A stretch of 64,000 bases of DNA. Source: Salpingoeca rosetta. Lineage: Eukaryota > Protista > Choanoflagellata. A program made the translations under genes and the position numbers. The DNA is taken from NCBI GenBank assembly GCA_033442325.1, contig JAWQFM010000024.1:347436-411435 (forward strand). The letters are read 5' to 3'. How positions within the stretch are numbered: the first letter of the stretch is position 1; each line of letters begins with the position of its first letter. The notes below the pieces were generated by a model. The model was not told the DNA's origin and made no database searches. It worked only from the letters and a program-made list of their open reading frames with translations. This document shows positions 58,655 to 64,000 of the stretch, piece by piece.

Positions 58655-59814
58655 CACACATACATACATACACACAGAGCTGGTCGAATATACTCACCGT
58701 CGAGTGTTTGCTCGGGAGGTGAGAACACGAGGGAGTCATCTTCACAACCAGCATCGCGCTTAAAGGCCTCAAACGCCGCCTGCAGCGAATCGAGGTACCT
58801 GATGCGGCAACACCCCGTTGTTCAGCATGAGCGAAGCACATCTGTCACTGCCCTCGGCGCTTGTTCACGTGTGCAGGCGCTTGTTCACGTGTGCACACAC
58901 TTGCATACGCACACACACACACACATGCATACATGCATACACACACACGCGCGCGCAAGCATGCATCATTTGCATGGCAAGCACCTGCGATAGACGAGGT
59001 CGACTTGTGTTCTTGTTGGATGGTGAACAGGTGGAACTTTGACCGGCTCGCCAATGGCCACGGAAACCTGGCGAACACACACACACACATGTAGGCAAGG
59101 ATGTCATGCATGAGCGATGGTGTTCTGCGTGAAACCTTGGCCCTGCAGACACAGGGCATGGTGTACACGACACAAGGACAAAGGTGCACACACAAACAGA
59201 GACACACAGGCGCACAATCACACAATCACACACACACAGATACACAGACACAGACACACACACACAAACAGGGATACACAGGCGCACAATCACACAATCA
59301 CACATGTACATATACACACAACCACACAAACACACATGCCTAAACACAGATACAAGCACGCATAGAGCAAGGGACGCACTGGGACGGTGCGCGGGTAACC
59401 GGGAAGGCCAAACTGGCCATATGGGAGGTAGATCACGTTTGCCTTGAGGGCTTTGGTCACAAAGCGTTGCATGGCGTGCGGTGCGCGCACATTGTCGAGG
59501 GTGCGCGTCTCGTTAAAGCCGTACGTGGGCAGCAGGTAGATGGGCTTGTTGCTCCTTGCGGCCTGCTCCAGTGCCAGCTTCACAAACCCACGGTGCGACG
59601 TGTCGATGGTGATGCTGTTTGAATCCGAGCGAGAGGAAATCATCTCCACTTGTCCGCCGGGCACCAACACCACGGAGTCGTGCTTGCGCAGCGCCGAAAT
59701 GAACACACCTCGGCTCACCTGCAAGCGGTGATGCGCATGAGCACGAACAGAAAGTCATTTATGCGCATCCATACGCGTGTATGTGTGTTTGTGTGTGTAT
59801 GTGAGGTTGTGGAC

Positions 59815-59848
<34 letters not shown>

Positions 59849-60574
59849 GGATCTCCATAACTCTCGCTCTCTCTCTCTCTCACACAGACACACACACATA
59901 CACATACACATACACACCTCGTATCCGCCCAGCAGCTGCAGCACGTCGCGAAACAAGGGCACATAGTGCACGATGCTTGACGACAGGACGGCAGGGAGCA
60001 CATGCGGGAACATGCGCTGCCACTGGCGCGTGCGGGTCATGTACAAACACGCGGCCGGGAAAATGCCGTGGGGATGGTATCCGATTATGAAGCGGGAGTC
60101 GGATGGGAGTGCTGCGGGGGGGGAGGGCGGGGCGGGGAGGTAGAGGCATGTGTCAAGTATGGTGAGATTTGAATTGCTAGTGTCACCAACGAACAGACAC
60201 ACACACACAGACACACACAGACACACACACACACACACACGCACACAGACACACACACACACACACACACACAGACACACACACACGCACGCACAAACGC
60301 ACGCACAAACGCACGCACAAACAAACAAACAACAGCACAAGCACGCACTTACCGTCAAAGTTCTTGTAGATGGCAAGTTGAAAGTACTTTTCGAGCTCAA
60401 CAACAACCCAGTGGCCGACAATAGACTTGAGCATACGACGACCATTCACGCTCGGGGTGCGCGCAAACGTGGGGACATATGCAGCCCCCATCAGCGCCCA
60501 CGTGGTGACAACCAAGGTGGGGAAGAACTGGCACAGGAACAGCGACACTGCAAAGAACATGATGATGTACTGCA

Positions 60575-60658
<84 letters not shown>

Positions 60659-61227
60659 NNNNNNNNNNNNNNNNNNNNNNNNNNNNNNNNNNNNNNNNNN
60701 NNNNNNNNNNNNNNNNNNNNNNNNNNNNNNNNNNNNNNNNNNNNNNNNNNNNNNNNNNTTACTTCATTCAACATTACATAGTTTGCAGAATGCTGTCAAC
60801 CCTCTAGCTAGCGGCTCAGTCGTCGCTCGCTCACACCTCCAGTTCTACAGACACGCCCCTTTTCATCAACCAGTGTTTCGCCTCTTTATTTTTTGTTATT
60901 TAAGTTTTTATAAATATAGTATTCAGTTTACAGATCTGCGTCTCCACTGTTAGTAATCGTCGATCGACCGAGTACACATGTATGCACAGTAAATGGTCAA
61001 TCGCTATTGTCTCCTGCACGTGCCAGGACAGAGGTAGTCATTGCGTTGCGGTTTGCGGCTGTGGTCAGGTGAATTCAGTCAAATACTGTATTGAAGCAGT
61101 ATCTGGCCCTGGACCATTTACTCTAACAGTGTTTTTTCCCCTTGCTTTCTACATCGGACTGTCCTTCTCCATCAATGTACGCTTTTCTCGTACACACACT
61201 TACACATAAACTCACACACGCACACAA

Positions 61228-61260
<33 letters not shown>

Positions 61261-61268
61261 AACACACA

Positions 61269-61310
<42 letters not shown>

Positions 61311-62924
61311 GAAGAGTGAAGCGACGTTGATGACTTGGGCAAGGAAGGCCGCCAGCCCCGCGGTGGTGATGGTGGGGAGGGCACTCACGTCGTCCGTGTA
61401 AGCGGGGATGCAGACCGAGAGCGCACGCAGAATGTGCAGCAGAAACACAAACGCGGCCGTGCCAAAGAAGGTCCACGCAAGCATCTGCAGGGCAATGAAG
61501 ATGGGGCCTCCAATAAACGGCTGGAAGAAGGACCACTGCTTGCGTGAATACGCCCACCGGCCGCCAACCCCGTATGTGAGGAAGATGGCAGCAGTAAGGC
61601 AGCAGAGGCAGGCGAACACAAGCATGGGCTCCGCATCGTGTTTGATGTACACGTCCAACAGGACCGTGTATGCAAGGCCGGTCAAGCTGAGCAACACTTG
61701 GGCCCCAATAAATGATGTCCACCAGCGATGACCCTGTGGTGACTGCAGGAAGTAGCCGATCGAGCCCGGGGCAGATGCCACGCTGCGTGCATCCTCCTCC
61801 TCTTCCTCCTGGTCCTGGGCCTGCTCCTGTTCCTGGACCTGCTCCTCCTGTTGTTGCTGTTGTTGCTTCTGTTTCCTTTTGTCATCGCCTTCATGATGCT
61901 TCTTGTGTTTGCCGCCATCTGCCGGTGCCTTGCCCGCCCACCTCTTGGCCTTTCTCTTTGTTGCTGCTGCTCTCTCAGCGGCAGCTGTTTTGTCGTGTTG
62001 GTCTGTGCGGTGTTCGTCCTCTTGTGTGTCCTGCTGCGCTGTGTCCTGTTCGCTGCCTTTCCTTGCTTGGCCCTCGCCGCTTCTGTCTTTCCCTCTTCCC
62101 TGTTGTCCGCCCTGATCTCCTCCTTCCCCGCCCCCGTCCGCGTGCTGCTCCTGCGGCTCGTGGTAGGTGATGATGCTGGTGGCCATGACGACTTGGGAGA
62201 CAAAGGCGAAGAGGCCCGCGGCAAGGATGACGCCGCGGAAGGTGGATGACGGGAAGAAGAGTGCCAGGATGAGCGGCAGCGTGGGCAGGGCGAGGGAGAG
62301 CGCAAACAGCGTCCAGCTGAAGATCTGCAGGGACACGAAGCGCACGCCCCCGCGAAGCGGCTGGAACCACCGCCAGTGGTGCGAGAAGGCTGCCCGCCCG
62401 CCAAGGGCGTAGGTGACGACGACCGAGGCGCTGATGCTGGCGATGAGCAGCGAGGCCAGCGCGTGCACAAGCAGAGACTCCCCATACACGACATCCATAA
62501 TGCCGATGCCAAGCAAGGCGATCATGGCAAACAGGAACCCGCCGCCAAGGATGAGGAACGTCAGGTTCGCGCGGCGTTCATCAAACAGCTCCTCTTCCTC
62601 CTCTGCCTCTTCGACCTTCTCCTCCTCGCGTTCAGCGCCCTCCTTGCGGTGTGTCCTGGCTGCTTGCTTCATCTTGATCTTGCCCTCTTTGCTCTTTCGT
62701 TGCTGGTCGTCATGGTGGTGGTGGAGCGGTGCCTGCTGTGGTTCCTGCTGTGGTGGCTGCCGCCGTTGCTCCAACTTGCCCTCCACCTCATCGTCAAACC
62801 CCTCTTCCTCCTCATCTTCCTCCGGGCCGACCAACACAGGTGGGTGCAGCTCGTAGGTGCTCCGTCTCCTCTCATGCCGCCTGCCGCCCTGGCGTTGCTG
62901 CTGCGGTTGTCGGTTCGTCATCAT
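58042..62924 (-). CDS. DGAT2/MOGAT-family acyltransferase with long N-terminal multi-TM extension and C-terminal TM tail; model spans the assembly gap
   Basis: [95 protein letters not shown]. Last exon ends [22 protein letters not shown]. First exon 61310-62924 has ~8 hydrophobic segments. Linkage across the gap is inferred from same strand and no stop codon in the first exon. Confidence 0.8.
60659..60758. other. Assembly gap (100 N)
   Basis: Run of n's, flanked by a (GT)n tract. Confidence 0.99.
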
Positions 62925-63589
62925 CCTCGCACCAGCAGCAAGCAGTGATGTGACGAGTCGTTCAGTTGCTTCTTGTTGTTGTTGTGGGTGATTTGTCAGC
63001 AAAGTTTTTGATGCGGTCAACGATGACAACAATATCACCCGACGCGCCAAGCAACTGTGGCACACACTAGCAATGTTGAGATGGGAGCCTCCTGCCCTCC
63101 CCTCCCCTCTACCCACACCCACACACCCACACACCCACACACCCACACCACGAATCGAATCAGTTCAGTGGTCCATTCATTGCTGTTCAAAACAAGAGGG
63201 AGGATCATCATGATGTTGGGTTTGGTGTCGTGTGGAGTCGGTTAAAACAGAAACGGATGTGGGGGCGGGTGTGTGTGAATGAGGGAAGGAGGGAACGTGG
63301 TCGCCATGCCACACAAGCAACACCATGCAAGCAGGAAAGGTGCAAGCAGTACGCGCGGCACACACGAACAGATAGAAGGAGGGAACCAATGGAAAGGAAA
63401 ACAGTGGGGGAAAGGAAAGCGTGCTAACACAGGCAAGGCGGCTGGGATGGAGAGGTTGATTGCGGGCAGCAGAAAGGCAAAGCTGCTTGATGGTCGTGTA
63501 GAAAAAGAGAGGGAAGGCATGTGAGTGTGTGTGTGTGTGTGTATGACCGTGTCAGTCTCACGTCACGGGGACCAGCGACGAGCGCAAGT

Positions 63590-64000
63590 TTAGTGGAGGC
63601 TGTACGCTTCGTCGTTGGTGGCGGCGGCAGCATCGCCGTCGTCGTTGACCAGCTTCTGGGCAAGGCGGCCGCGCTTGGCACGCTCGCGGCGCGACATGCC
63701 AACAAACACGGCGACGCACACGCACATGGTCACGAGCGCGGTGCCGGCAACAATGAGGCCGATGCTGGTGGTGCTGAGGACGTGGCCGTCGTGGCTGGAG
63801 GCGCCCGATGCGTCCTTGGAGCCCTCCTCCAGCACGGCGGTGTAGGTGTTCTCCGCAGCAACGGCCATGGCGAAACGCGGCTGCCACTCCTGGGCAGTGG
63901 ACGGGTCAATCTGGGAGCCCTCCGGGCCGCAGTCGGGATCCCAGGCGCCGCAGCCGAGGTCGCAGCCGTCGCTGCCGTTGTAGAAGGTGGCGGGGCACTC
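63590..64000 (-). CDS. 3' end of a single-pass membrane protein with an extracellular Cys-rich module (partial)
   Basis: In frame from the window end: ECPATFYNGSDGCDLGCGAWDPDC..TM SIGLIVAGTALVTMCVCVAVFVGM, then RRERAKR..NDEAYSLH*. Confidence 0.75.
   Translation of the reverse strand, partial: ECPATFYNGSDGCDLGCGAWDPDCGPEGSQIDPSTAQEWQPRFAMAVAAENTYTAVLEEGSKDASGASSHDGHVLSTTSIGLIVAGTALVTMCVCVAVFVGMSRRERAKRGRLAQKLVNDDGDAAAATNDEAYSLH

Noticed and set aside
60759-61200. AT-rich, compositionally foreign segment next to the N gap
   Set aside because: Lies at a contig edge inside an intron, with no ORF or terminal repeats; most likely low-quality read end or misjoin rather than an insertion. Long reads would settle it.

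Overview
Eukaryotic, gene-dense and intron-rich genomic DNA. Introns are mostly GT-AG and are filled with (CA)n/(GT)n and other microsatellites, and coding exons are GC-rich. This style and the gene content suggest a choanoflagellate such as Salpingoeca rosetta (inference, not verified). Most six-frame ORFs are microsatellite artefacts. I rebuilt 13 protein-coding genes by hand from splice signals and motifs: (1) STARD3/MLN64-like MENTAL+START protein (-, 3' end runs off the window); (2) signal-peptide RNI-like LRR protein with a SAM-like tail; (3,4) a head-to-head pair of paralogous glutathione S-transferases; (5) CstF-64/CSTF2; (6) secreted GH78 alpha-L-rhamnosidase with a SUEL-type lectin domain inserted in its C-terminal domain; (7) ABCC/MRP transporter; (8) intronless KH-like + NYN (LabA/PIN-fold) nuclease with Q/Y/P-rich tails, preceded by a GTCGAC-palindrome array; (9) kelch-repeat/Cys-rich/EGF single-pass receptor with a TKL kinase; (10) intronless SDR; (11) tuberin/RalGAP-family protein whose GAP domain lacks the catalytic Asn; (12) DGAT2/MOGAT acyltransferase with a duplicated N-terminal membrane module; (13) 3' end of a Cys-rich single-pass membrane protein. 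There is a 100-N assembly gap at 60659-60758. No rRNA, tRNA, CRISPR array or recognisable transposase/RT was seen. Family calls come from remembered motifs, not database searches.
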